Part shown: one piece after another, positions 1 to 9,289 of the stretch
How positions within the stretch are numbered: the first letter of the stretch is position 1
Layout of the letters: each line of letters begins with the position of its first letter
DNA from: Octopus sinensis
Lineage: Eukaryota
NCBI RefSeq assembly: GCF_006345805.1
Contig: NW_021826379.1
Location: 1 to 12,978 of the forward strand
Reading direction: 5' to 3'
DNA length: 12,978 nucleotides
Translations under genes and position numbers: made by a program
Notes under the pieces: generated by a model
What the model saw: the letters and a program-made list of their open reading frames with translations, nothing else
Database searches by the model: none
Told to the model about the DNA's origin: nothing

Positions 1-399
1 ATATATGCACGCATACACACCAAAACGAGGCTGCTAGTTTGACGGAACAGCATTCATTCAATTCTATCGTCTGCAATCTCTAGACATCTGCGGTTAAGTG
101 AAAAAAGGAAAAAGAACAACAAAAAATGAATAAACTTCCTAATCTACTTTTTTTCTTTTTTCATTCATTTCTTTCGTCATTTCTTTTCTTATTTGTTCCG
201 CCCCCATTTTCCATCTATTTAGTCCTCTTTCCTTCAATTTTTTGTCTTCGTATTATTTCAATCACTTGATTCGACATGGCTGGCATTCCCTCACTGCAGA
301 TCTCTTCTTTTGGTCGTTGGTTATCTTCAAAGCGTTTCACATCGTCTTAGCCTTACTCTATCTTTGTTAATTTCGCTTAATCCATTACCCACCCACTGC

Positions 400-403
400 T
401 CTC

Positions 404-440
<37 letters not shown>

Positions 441-1180
441 ATCTCTCCCCCCTCTCTCTCTGCCTCTCTAAATTTCGTCCTTTCATTTAACATGATCTCT
501 CTTTCCTCTTTTCTCTTCTGTCGCTCGCTCTTGCCGCCACTCTCTATTTCTTTTTCTTTTGTCTCACTCATCTTTCTCTCACTCTTTCCTTTTTATTGTC
601 TACCTCTTGCCCCTTCTATCTGTTTCCCTTTCTCTCACTGTCCCTCATTTGCTGTCCCACTCTCTCACTATCCTTCACAAATACACACTCTATGTCTCTC
701 AACACTCTCTACTTGTCTTTCCCTCCCTCCCTCTCACTCCCTCTTTCTCTCTACCGGACTGCAGATAGACAGATCGTTGCGACAGATAGATAGATAGAGA
801 GAGAGAGATGTAAGCCTTTCTCACTTCATATACGTTACCTAGATTCACTATTTCCCCTCTTCTCCTCTTTACCTCTTTATCTCTCTTTCATCTATTTTAC
901 TTCACTTCCCCTCCTTTTCATATTCAAACTCATATTGGTCTTTCCATCTCTCTCTCTTTGTCTCTTTCATCTATCTCCCCTCTCTCTCTATTGTTTCTAT
1001 CTAATTTTCCTCTTTTATATCACACACTTATCTTTCTCCTTTTCTCTCTCTCCCTCGTTCTCTCTCTCTCTTCCTTTCTCTTTCTCCCACTCTCGTTTTA
1101 CTTAAATTTCTTTTTCTTTTCTTGTGTATCCCTCTTATCTCTCTTTTCTTGTATATCCCTCTTATTTCTGTTTCCTTCTT

Positions 1181-1213
<33 letters not shown>

Positions 1214-1262
1214 ATTTATTTATATATATACATACATATATATATATATCACATACACACAC
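400..1262. repeat. Pyrimidine-rich low-complexity tract with embedded microsatellites: (CTAT)n ~405-438, (GATA)/(GA)n ~763-808, (CT)n ~1181-1212, (TA)n/(CA) ~1213-1260
   Basis: Directly visible CT-rich composition and tandem units. It explains the Ser/Leu/Phe-rich ORFs in the track. Confidence 0.95.
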
Positions 1263-1728
1263 TCTTCTTCCATACTTGGCCTTTCTTTCCCATCTCCTTG
1301 CCTACGACCAGCCGTTCTCTTTCAAATACCACTGTACAACAACGAGCAAGAAGCAAAACTGGATAAAAGCAGACGACAATGGCCACTTGAGGAAAATACA
1401 AAGATATTGTACGACAATCTTTCCAGTAGAAAGAGAAAGAAAAACCATAATGTATAATGCACATACGGCAGAGTTTAGTTGATTAGTTTTATGTCTTAGT
1501 GTCATTTATGTGTCAACCTAGTTGATATTTGGATTTTTTCTTCATCTCTTTCTCCGATTTCCTTCGCTCGTCCTTTCTTTCGTTCTTTCATTCTTTCTTT
1601 CCAGTGTATAAACATAGTGCATACCTAAAACATAAGAATATCTCAATAGACCAGTGTTGTTATATACTAAAGCATTTCTGATATTCTGGCAAGCTCGTAT
1701 GTGCGCGTATAAACATACTGTATACAGA

Positions 1729-1749
1729 TATATATAAATATATATATGT

Positions 1750-1780
<31 letters not shown>
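1729..1780. repeat. (TA)n/(TG)n compound microsatellite
   Basis: Direct reading. Confidence 0.95.
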
Positions 1781-2076
1781 GAGGCGCAATGGCCCGGTGG
1801 TTAGGGCAGCGGACTCGCCGTCGTAGGATCGCGGCGATTCCCAGACCGGGCGTTGTGAGTGTTTATTGAGCGAAGACACCTAAAGCTCCACGAGGCTCCA
1901 GCAGAGGGGTGGTGGCGATCCCTGCTGTACTCTTTCGTCAACAACTTTCTCTCACTCTTTCTTCTGTTGGCCTGCTCGCTTAGCCAGCGGAGTGGCGTCA
2001 TTTGAAGGCTAAAACAATGTGAAGTGCATGGTGATCAGCGATGTGTAGCAACATCTGATAGCCTGGTCGGTCACGG
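1780..2076 (+). mobile_element. tRNA-derived SINE (family 1), near full length, B box damaged
   Basis: Head GGAGGCGCAATGGCCCGGTGGTTAG contains an A-box match (TGGCCCGGTGG, 1790-1800). The B-box region reads GCGGCGATTCCC (1831-1842), which looks like GGTTCGATTCCC with a small deletion. A non-tRNA body follows and ends at an (AT)n run. Confidence 0.85.
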
Positions 2077-2086
2077 ATATATATAT

Positions 2087-2278
2087 AAGGTTGTTTATGG
2101 AGGGCCAGCAGTCACCCAATCATACCGGCCTCCCCTCTCCACACCACTGATGTTATCCAAGGGAAAGGCAAAGGCTGATACAGCTTGGTACCAGTGACAT
2201 TGTAACTCATTTCTACAGCTGAGCTAACTGGAGCAACGCGAAATAAAGTGTCTTGCTCAAGAACACAACACGCTGCCC
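2087..2278 (-). mobile_element. CORE-like SINE, 5'-truncated (tRNA head missing)
   Basis: The reverse complement reads GTGTTGTGTTCTTGAGCAAGACACTTTATTTC, similar to the CORE-SINE motif TGTGACCTTGGGCAAGTCACTT, and closely matches 4738-4785 on the + strand. It lies tail-to-tail with the 1780 SINE across an (AT)n run. Confidence 0.8.
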
Positions 2279-2854
2279 GTGTGTCTTATAGCCGTGAAAA
2301 ACAGATGCGTCACTCATACAAATTAATTCATAAGCTGTTTGGAGCATTTTCGCTCTCTTTAATACAAAACTTTATTGCATTGCTATCTCCAAACTTGTCC
2401 TCACGTTCCGATCTCATTCGGCAAACTAGTCAGCTGTTACGAATTGTGTTTATTGGGGTGGGTACAAAGTGCTGTTGCAGCTTTCTCCTTCAATATGGAA
2501 TAACAAAGTTGACAGGTTGTCTTATTAAATTCACAGTAATGATACACTAAGATTACGATAATCTATGAGAGTTATACCTGTCTCTTGGAACACAAAGTCT
2601 CAAATCTCCTGTAATGCACATTGTACGTACGAGGTGCTTATATGTGTGTGTGTGTGTGCATATATATATATATAATAGTAATACATCGATGGAATTTAAA
2701 AACATCTTAATGCATTTGCACAAGTCACGTTTTTCTTACGGCCATAGTCCGTGTTCCTGGGATGATGACTGTATAATCTGTAATATCCAATGGACACCAC
2801 ATGGACTTAGTTCATGCGTTTTTTCATTTCTTTATGCTATCGAGCAATATGCTA

Positions 2855-2855
2855 T

Positions 2856-2888
<33 letters not shown>

Positions 2889-3226
2889 TAATATATATAT
2901 ATATTACATATGTATGTAAGTATGTATGTATTTAATCACTAACATATTGGAACATATATATATATATATATATAAGTATATATAAGTATATATATATATA
3001 TGTGTCTATATACGATATATATGTATAATATATATGTAACATGTATACATGTATAGCAAGCATATCTGTATTTATAACAGATTTGAGTATATGCATATGA
3101 TACATGTGTGTGTATATATATGTGTGTGAGTGAGTGTGAGTGTGATTGCATGTGTGTATATATATGTGTGTGTGTATGTGTGTGTGTCTGTGTGTGTGTA
3201 TGTGTGTGTATATTGTGTGTGTGTGT

Positions 3227-3276
<50 letters not shown>
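2855..3276. repeat. Compound (TA)n / (TATG) / (TG)n microsatellite
   Basis: Direct reading. Confidence 0.95.
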
Positions 3277-3281
<5 letters not shown>

Positions 3282-3707
3282 TTGTGTTATCTGATTCTAT
3301 GTCCGAAGTGTTTTTGTAAGAGGAAAAAAATCATGAATGCATCGAAATATGATCCGTCATCGAGATTTGATTGACTGGTTAAGAAACACGTCAAACGCTC
3401 ATCTATACGATTGCTTTATGCAACACATATGTTAGATTCGCTTTCTGGCGTGAAAAAATACATGACATATTTTTCATATCTTCAGTATCATGTTTAAAAC
3501 ACGCAAGCAAATCCTTTGTGTGGAAAATAATCCTCTTTAATTAGCTGCTTCTTCTCTTCAGTCGTTTGAATAATCGGTAATGTGAAACTCAAAGACTCCA
3601 AAATGTCTCTGCATCTTATGAAATATACAAATTCTATTTTCCCTTATTTGGTCATTTTCTTCGTTTATAAACACCAGCATTTAACAAATCCATTTGTGGT
3701 TGTCAGT

Positions 3708-3784
3708 ATGTGCGTGAGTGTGTGTGTGCTGCCGTGTGTGTGTGTGTGTGTGTGTGTCTGTGTGTGTGGTTGTGCGTGTGTGTA
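3708..3784. repeat. Imperfect (TG)n microsatellite
   Basis: Direct reading. Confidence 0.95.
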
Positions 3785-4402
3785 CTTATGAGCAGTAAAA
3801 CGGTTAAATAACTAAACTATTCAGCTATCTAATTACAAATCGTCCAATTCAAATCTGCATTAAGTGTTTATTTATATTCCTGTGTGGAAGAACATTTTAT
3901 TCTAAATTGGTTCAGTCCAACTAAATATCAGGAACATATTCCTGGTATTCTCGAAACGATCAATAGAACTGGTGGAATATCTTTGATTACGAATGGTCAA
4001 TAAAACCGTATAAGTAGCCATCATACATTTTTATTATTCACCGTCGTTCGCAGTTGAAATCAGGATTACACAGATAGATTAATATACTTGTGGTGCAGCG
4101 GGAATTGCTGCACGGATCTGTTTGGAAAGCGAGGAACTAATAAAGTAGGAATACCAGCCACATTCAAAGGACAGGCTATTAATAAAAACGAAATTTTATT
4201 ATCAACTAAATCCTTAACAAATGGATTATTTCTTCACCCTCCTCTTCTCCTCATCCTTTATAATTTATCCCTAAACTATATATATTGTTTATCTAATCCC
4301 GCACAATACAGTATGGTCTCTCCCACACTTCTTCACCCCTGCTTAACGTCCCTTGCATTGTCTTTCAAACCATTGTGGCTAAGGGAGTTGAATATGAATA
4401 TA

Positions 4403-4636
4403 TGTTTCTTTATTACCCATAAGGGGCTAAACAAAGAGAGGACAAACAAGGACAGACAAAGGGATTAAGTCGATTACATCGACCCCAGTGCGTAACTGGT
4501 ACTTAATTTATCGACCCTGAAAGGATGAAAGGCAAAGTCGACCTCGGCGGAATTTGAACTCAGAACGTAACGGCAGACGAAATACGGCTACGCATTTCGC
4601 CCGGCGTGCTAACGGTTCTGCCAGCTCGCCGCCTTA
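4403..4636 (-). mobile_element. Full-length tRNA-derived Nin/Deu-domain SINE, tail type B, with 12-bp TSD
   Basis: The minus strand has an A box (TGGCAGAACCG, 4623-4613) and a B box (GAGTTCAAATTCC, 4561-4549). The body GACTTTGCCTTTCATCCTTTCAGGGTCGATAAATTAAGTACCAG resembles the Deu/Nin domain as I recall it from AmnSINE1. The direct repeat AATATGAATATA flanks it exactly at 4391-4402 and 4637-4648. Confidence 0.9.
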
Positions 4637-4680
4637 AATATGAATATAATGTCATGCTACATTTCTACTGGTTCTTTACA

Positions 4681-4915
4681 GTGAAAGCACGTAGCCTCAT
4701 TATCTCCAGACCGTGGGTTCGATTCCCCGACCAGATGGTGTGTTGTGTTCTTGAGCAAAACACTTCGTTCCACGTCGCTCTAGTTCTGTGTGCCGACCGG
4801 CATGCCAAACCCGTGGGTTGGAGGGATGTCACCTAAGTGGTGCAAAGGGGTCATCTGTCAGGACTGGGGAATCACTAATAAATGGTGGATGCAGCAAAGC
4901 GCATCCACCATTTAT
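4681..4915 (+). mobile_element. CORE-like SINE with internally deleted tRNA head and a distinct 3' tail ending in a 15-bp hairpin
   Basis: B box GGTTCGATTCCC at about 4716-4727, CORE-like GTGTTCTTGAGCAAAACACTT, and a terminal inverted repeat (4878-4892 / 4901-4915) followed by (TAC)n. Confidence 0.75.
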
Positions 4916-4971
4916 ACTACTACTACTGCTGCTGCTGCAGCTACTATAAATTCTACTACTATTACTACTAA

Positions 4972-5018
<47 letters not shown>

Positions 5019-5063
5019 TTACTACTACTACTACTACTACTGCTGCTGCTACTACTGATAATA
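4914..5063. repeat. (TAC)n/(TGC)n trinucleotide microsatellite
   Basis: Direct reading. It produces the poly-Thr and poly-Ser ORFs. Confidence 0.95.
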
Positions 5064-5067
5064 ATCG

Positions 5068-5095
5068 TTTCTGCTACAGGCACAAGGCCTGAAAT
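5068..5095 (-). mobile_element. Short 3'-tail fragment (type A) of the Nin/Deu SINE family
   Basis: TTTCTGCTACAGGCACAAGGCCTGAAAT matches the tails at 7667-7693, 9043-9070 and 9292-9320. Confidence 0.65.
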
Positions 5096-5469
<374 letters not shown>

Positions 5470-5880
5470 GCTGATGTTATATCGTGAGGCTTTAATCACC
5501 TTATTCGGTGTGCTGTAGAACAAAAAGGAAAATAACTGCGCGACTTGATCACTAGGCCTACTAGAAAGAGCAGTCCTAACCTACAACTTTGTAGAAAGGA
5601 AGGAAACATTAACTAATGTAATGAAAATTCACACTGTCTTTGTCTCTTTCATCATGCTGTCTTTGATTAGAATGGCTTGAGTGATCTTTGATCATACGAG
5701 TTGAAAAGTCTTTGATTTACTTTTCAGCCAGACTGACACAGAACTAAACGGCAACAATAATTTCGTAATAAAAAATATGGCGTAATCAAACTGCAATATC
5801 GGAAGCACAAACTAACCGGCCTCAAGCAGATTTATTTCGTCTTCGTAAAAGTATACGAGATTTAAAATCTGCGGCTGACT

Positions 5881-6312
5881 ATCGATGTTTCGATGTTTCC
5901 TGTGATGTTGACTTCATTTGCATGCCTGATAGATATATGGAGATTTTGATAATACAGAAGGCAACAGAATTCACTGAAAATATTTGCGTAGACACGATCG
6001 GACAACTTCATACATCCCATGGGCAATTTCTCAGATGTTACAAAAGCTAAACTATACAGACGTGAGCAAAACAAAACAAAAAATTTAACAGAGAAAATGA
6101 AAGAAATGTTTAGAAAGTCAATAAAAAACAATAAAGCAAAAGAATTGTGTTTTTGTTATGTTTTGGAATGATTTTTATATTTTGAGATTCGTAAAACGGA
6201 CGCCATATTCAAGGAGATATTTTAACAAAAAAATAATGTTATATAAATATTGTTAGTAGAAAAACTTCTGACACGAGAAAGGGGCCACAAACTTTTGGAC
6301 GAACTTCAATAC
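5881..6312 (+). mobile_element. Possible heavily decayed 3' end of a Tc1/mariner-like DNA transposon
   Basis: 5881-5940 translates IDVSMFPVMLTSFACLIDIW, with the same spacing as the Tc1 motif I.VL.WP.QSPDLNPIENLW. After frameshifts, ENICVDTIGQLHTS(M)...DVTKAK resembles the Tc1 C-terminus. GGGGCCACAAACTTTTGGACG near 6280-6301 resembles a Tc1 right end. The catalytic SPDLNPIE residues are not conserved. Confidence 0.35.
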
Positions 6313-6339
6313 TGGATTGGAGCAAATCCAGTTCTTGAG

Positions 6340-6395
6340 TGGACTGTTACACACTTTATCGATCTCTGGAATCATGGAACGCCAAGTCGACTTCG
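6340..6395 (-). mobile_element. Diverged Nin/Deu SINE fragment
   Basis: TTTATCGATCTCTGGAATCATGGAACGCCAAGTCGACTTCGG aligns loosely with TTTATCGACCCCGAAAGGATGAAAGGCAAAGTCGACCTCGG. Confidence 0.5.
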
Positions 6396-6750
6396 GTAAG
6401 ACATTCTGGCGTTCGAGTTTGTAAAGTGTGCCAGTTCCGTAGCTTTATAGTTTTATAGTCAGTAAACATTATGTAAATGAAATATGTTAAATTGATTACA
6501 CTTAGAAACAGGTTTTGTTGTCTGGTGTTGAAGATATGTTTCTCAGTAATTTTGAAGTGCTGGTTTCAAAAAATGAAATCCATTTTGTCTTATCACGTTA
6601 AGATTTTTCAGAGACTCAAATGACCGTTTTTCAGCATTTCTAGGGAAAGACTTGGCTTCATCAAATGCAGATTTAATGTAAGGGGCTTGACATAACTTTG
6701 ACAAAACAATTAGGTAAACGCAGCTACAAAGGTGAAAGCAAAAGTCACGA

Positions 6751-7164
6751 TTTACTCTTTTGCTCTTTTACTTGTTTCAGTCATGTGACTGTGGCCATGC
6801 TGGAGCACCACCTTCAGTCAAGCAAATCGACCCCTGGACTTATTCTTTGTAAGCCTAGTACTTATTCTATCGGTCTCTTTTGCCGAACCGCTAAGTTACG
6901 GGAACATAAACACACCAGCATCGGTTGTCAAGCGATGTTGGAGGGGGGACAAACACAGGCACACAAACATATACACACACACACACACATACATATATAC
7001 AACGGGCTTCTTTCAGTTTCTGTCTACGAAATCCACTAACAAGGCATTGGTCGGCCCGAGGCTACAGTAGAAGACACTTGCCCGAGGTGCCACGCAGTGG
7101 GAATGAACCCGGAACCATGTGGTTGGTAAGCAAGCTGCTTACCACACAGCCACTCCTACACCTA
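6751..7164 (-). mobile_element. Full-length tRNA-derived CORE-like SINE with internal (CA/TA)n microsatellite
   Basis: The minus strand begins AGGTGTAGGAGTGGCTGTGTGGTAAG (A-box-like), then GGGTTCATTCCC (B-box-like) and GGCACCTCGGGCAAGTGTCTT (CORE-like). A microsatellite sits at about 6955-7000. The 3' part ends CTCCAGCATGGCCACAGTCACATGACTGAAACAAGTAAAAGAG. Confidence 0.85.
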
Positions 7165-7263
7165 TAAGCATCTTCAGTAAGGAAACACGCATCAAACTCA
7201 AGCAACTTTCACTGTTTTCAATCTAACCAGTTTCACATGTCATGATGGTGACAGAATTATTAT

Positions 7264-7264
7264 C

Positions 7265-7320
<56 letters not shown>
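7264..7320. repeat. (TAG)n microsatellite
   Basis: Direct reading. Confidence 0.97.
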
Positions 7321-7321
<1 letters not shown>

Positions 7322-7322
7322 C

Positions 7323-7456
7323 AGGCAACATGGTGGCCGAACCGTTAGCACCCTAGGTAAAATGATTAGTGATGTGTCGCCTGTCTTTATGTCCTATGTT
7401 CAAATTCCTCTACATTCGACTTTGTCTTTCATCTTTTCGGGGTCAAAACAATAAGT
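7323..7456 (+). mobile_element. Older, diverged Nin/Deu SINE (head and Nin domain, tail missing)
   Basis: GGTGGCCGAACCGTTAGCAC...GTTCAAATTCC...TCGACTTTGTCTTTCATCTTTTCGGGGTC aligns at roughly three-quarters identity with the reverse complement of 7745-7860. Confidence 0.8.
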
Positions 7457-7539
7457 AGTAGATAGAATTATTGTTCTTGCTGTTGTTGTTGTTGTTGTTA
7501 TTAAAATACCTGTTATATTTCTTTTAGTTTTAGTTTTAG

Positions 7540-7600
7540 TTTCATCCAGAATGGATGAAACGCCAAGCCGACCGCGTTAGGATTTGAACGTAGAACGTTA
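7540..7600 (-). mobile_element. Diverged Nin/Deu SINE fragment
   Basis: GGATGAAACGCCAAGCCGACC...GGATTTGAACGTAGAACGTTAAAGA matches the family pattern GGATGAAAGGCAAAGTCGACC...GAATTTGAACTCAGAACGTAA. Confidence 0.6.
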
Positions 7601-7664
7601 AAGATCGTAGCAAAGTCCTTACTAATAGAGAGTTTAATCAGTAGAAAAGGACGTTTATGATATT

Positions 7665-7860
7665 CCTTTCTACTCTAGGCACAAGGCCCGAAATTTTTGG
7701 AAAGGGGCCAGTCGATAAGATCGACTCCAGTACGCAACTGGTACTTAATTTATCGACCCCGAAAGGATGAAAGGCAAAGTCGACCTCGGTGGAATTTGAA
7801 CTCAGAACTAAAGACAGACGAAATATCGCTAAGCATTTCGCCCAGCGTGCTAACGTTTCT
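7665..7860 (-). mobile_element. Nin/Deu SINE, tail type A, broken at the A box (unit 4 of the multimer)
   Basis: Tail CTACTCTAGGCACAAGGCCCGAAATT, Nin body and B box are present. The head stops at CTAACGTTTCT, where a type B tail begins. Confidence 0.9.
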
Positions 7861-8044
7861 TATTTCTTTATTGACCACAAGGGACTAAACATAGAGGGGA
7901 CAAATAAGGACAGACAAAGGGATTAAGTCGATTATATCGACCCCAGTGCGTGACTGGTACTTAATTTATCGACCCCGAAAGGATGAAAGGCAAAGTCGAC
8001 CTCGGCGGAATTTGAATTCAGAACGTAACGGTAGACGAAATACC
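7861..8044 (-). mobile_element. Nin/Deu SINE, tail type B, 184-bp unit lacking the A box (unit 3)
   Basis: Runs from TATTTCTTTA to GACGAAATACC, with a 184-bp period to the next unit. Confidence 0.92.
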
Positions 8045-8228
8045 TATTTCTTTACTACCCACAAGGGGCTAAACACAGAGGGGACAAACAAGGACAGACA
8101 AACGGATTAAGTCGATTATATCGACCCCAGTGCGTAACTGGTACTTAATTTATCGACGCTGAAAGGATGAAAGGCAAAGTCGACCTCGGCGGAATTTGAA
8201 TTCAGAACGTAACGGTAGACGAAATACC
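8045..8228 (-). mobile_element. Nin/Deu SINE, tail type B, 184-bp unit lacking the A box (unit 2)
   Basis: Same boundaries as 7861-8044, with about 10 mismatches to it by hand count. Confidence 0.92.
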
Positions 8229-8460
8229 TATTTCTTTACTACCCACAAAGGGCTAAACGCAGAGGGGACAAACAAAGACAGACAAACGGATCAAGTCGAT
8301 TTGCATCGACCCCAGTGCGTAACTGGTACTTATTTAATCGACCCCGAAAGGATGAAAGGCAAAGTCGACCTCGACGAAATTCGAACTCAGAACGTAACGG
8401 CAGACGAAATACCGCCAAGTATTTCGCCCGGCGTTCTAACGTTTCTGCCAGCTCGGCGCC
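8229..8460 (-). mobile_element. Nin/Deu SINE, tail type B, full head (unit 1)
   Basis: The only unit of the array with the complete head GGCGCCGAGCTGGCAGAAACGTTAG. A 17-bp TSD copy follows at 8461-8477. Confidence 0.92.
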
Positions 8461-8834
8461 AGGACGTTAATGATATTAACATTAAAATGCACAACTGAAG
8501 AAATGAAACACAGCGAAAGGAAACGAAAATTCACTTGGCTTGTTATTCAAAGACACAAATTTAAAGAGCACAATTGGCGAGTTGACAAAATTATCTACTG
8601 ATGGACAATAATAATAAAAAATGATAAAGCCAATAATAAATATTGATCTGTAGCATTGGCAGAAGATCAAATATGTTCAGGGTGTGGAAGCATCGTTGAT
8701 TAGATTAGCCCTAAGCACATTAATGGTTTTATTGCACCGTTAAGGATCATAAGCAAAGTAAACTTTTGTGGGATTTGAATGTAACTCGACAGTAGCATTA
8801 AATTTTGCAGTTTCTATCACTCACCACTCATCAT

Positions 8835-9040
8835 TAGAATAATGAATACCCAAAATCAATGGGGGAATTTCCATGTGGTCGATTTGCCTGACAGAAACAG
8901 CAACCAAATCTCTCTGACCTTCTGTTCAGTTCCTTACATGTAAGAAAATAGTGGAATGGTCACGACTGGAATGTCTCTGAGTCTATATCTGATTGCTCGA
9001 GGCTGATCTAGAGTTTAGCAATAACTACAATAATAACAAC
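8835..9040 (+). mobile_element. Probable diverged 3' portion of another SINE-like repeat
   Basis: GACAGAAACAGCAACCAAATCTC...GGAATGGTCACGACTGGAATGTCT...GCTGATCTAGAGTTTAGCAATAACTACAATAATAACAAC has an (AAC/AAT)-type tail. A loosely similar stretch lies at about 5540-5700. Recognition is from memory only. Confidence 0.4.
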
Positions 9041-9142
9041 TATTTCTACGATGAGCACAAGGCCTGAAATTTGGGGGAAGGAGACTACTTGATTACATCA
9101 ACCCCAGTACGCAACTGGTACTTAATTTATCGACCCCGAAAG
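9041..9142 (-). mobile_element. 5'-truncated Nin/Deu SINE, tail type A
   Basis: GCACAAGGCCTGAAATTTGGGGG...CCCCAGTACGCAACTGGTACTTAATTTATCGACCCCGAAAG. Confidence 0.85.
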
Positions 9143-9260
9143 AGATCCAATTTTTAAAAAATTAATTAGCGGAACAAAATTTCTTTCAACAATTTCATTC
9201 TCTTAAGCGTGACACGTGTAAGATACGTACAAAAAGCAAATTGGCGTGTTAATATTATTG

Positions 9261-9289
9261 ATAATAATAATAATAATAATAATAATAAT
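9261..9289. repeat. (TAA)n microsatellite
   Basis: Direct reading. Confidence 0.95.

Noticed and set aside
1276-1331. Resemblance of VFERERLVVGKEMGKKGQ to the tyrosine-kinase subdomain I lead-in (FPRERLVLGKxLGxG)
   Set aside because: The GxGxxG spacing is wrong and no other kinase motifs are visible in the window, so it is not called as a CDS.
492-1482. ORFs rich in Ser/Leu/Phe that look like membrane proteins
   Set aside because: They are translations of CT/TA low-complexity DNA, open in several frames at once.
1780-1850. tRNA gene (also considered for the heads at 4550-4636, 7090-7164 and 8380-8460)
   Set aside because: A and B boxes are present, but I cannot draw a complete cloverleaf, and each head continues into a repeat body. 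These are SINE heads.
4093-4113. Small hairpins GTGCAGC/GCTGCAC, and similar ones at 6311-6332, 8640-8675 and 12464-12488
   Set aside because: Stems of 6-10 bp are expected by chance in 13 kb, and there is no supporting context.
4042-4117. EGF-like look of DPCSNSRC...CNPDFNCE
   Set aside because: The cysteine number and spacing do not fit an EGF domain.
6480-6700. Possible DNA-transposon internal fragment (TTTGAAGTGCTGGTTTCAAAAAATGAAATCC)
   Set aside because: The resemblance is vague, and I found no TIR, TSD or coding similarity.
7861-8460. 184-bp periodic array as a CRISPR array or satellite
   Set aside because: The units are homologous along their whole length with no unique spacers, match dispersed SINE copies in the same window, and have no cas-like ORFs nearby. 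The context is eukaryotic.
7697-8498. Recurrent ORFs such as STPVRNWYLIYRPRKDERQSRPRWNLNSE and RMKGKVDL
   Set aside because: They are antisense translations of the SINE body and recur wherever the SINE occurs.
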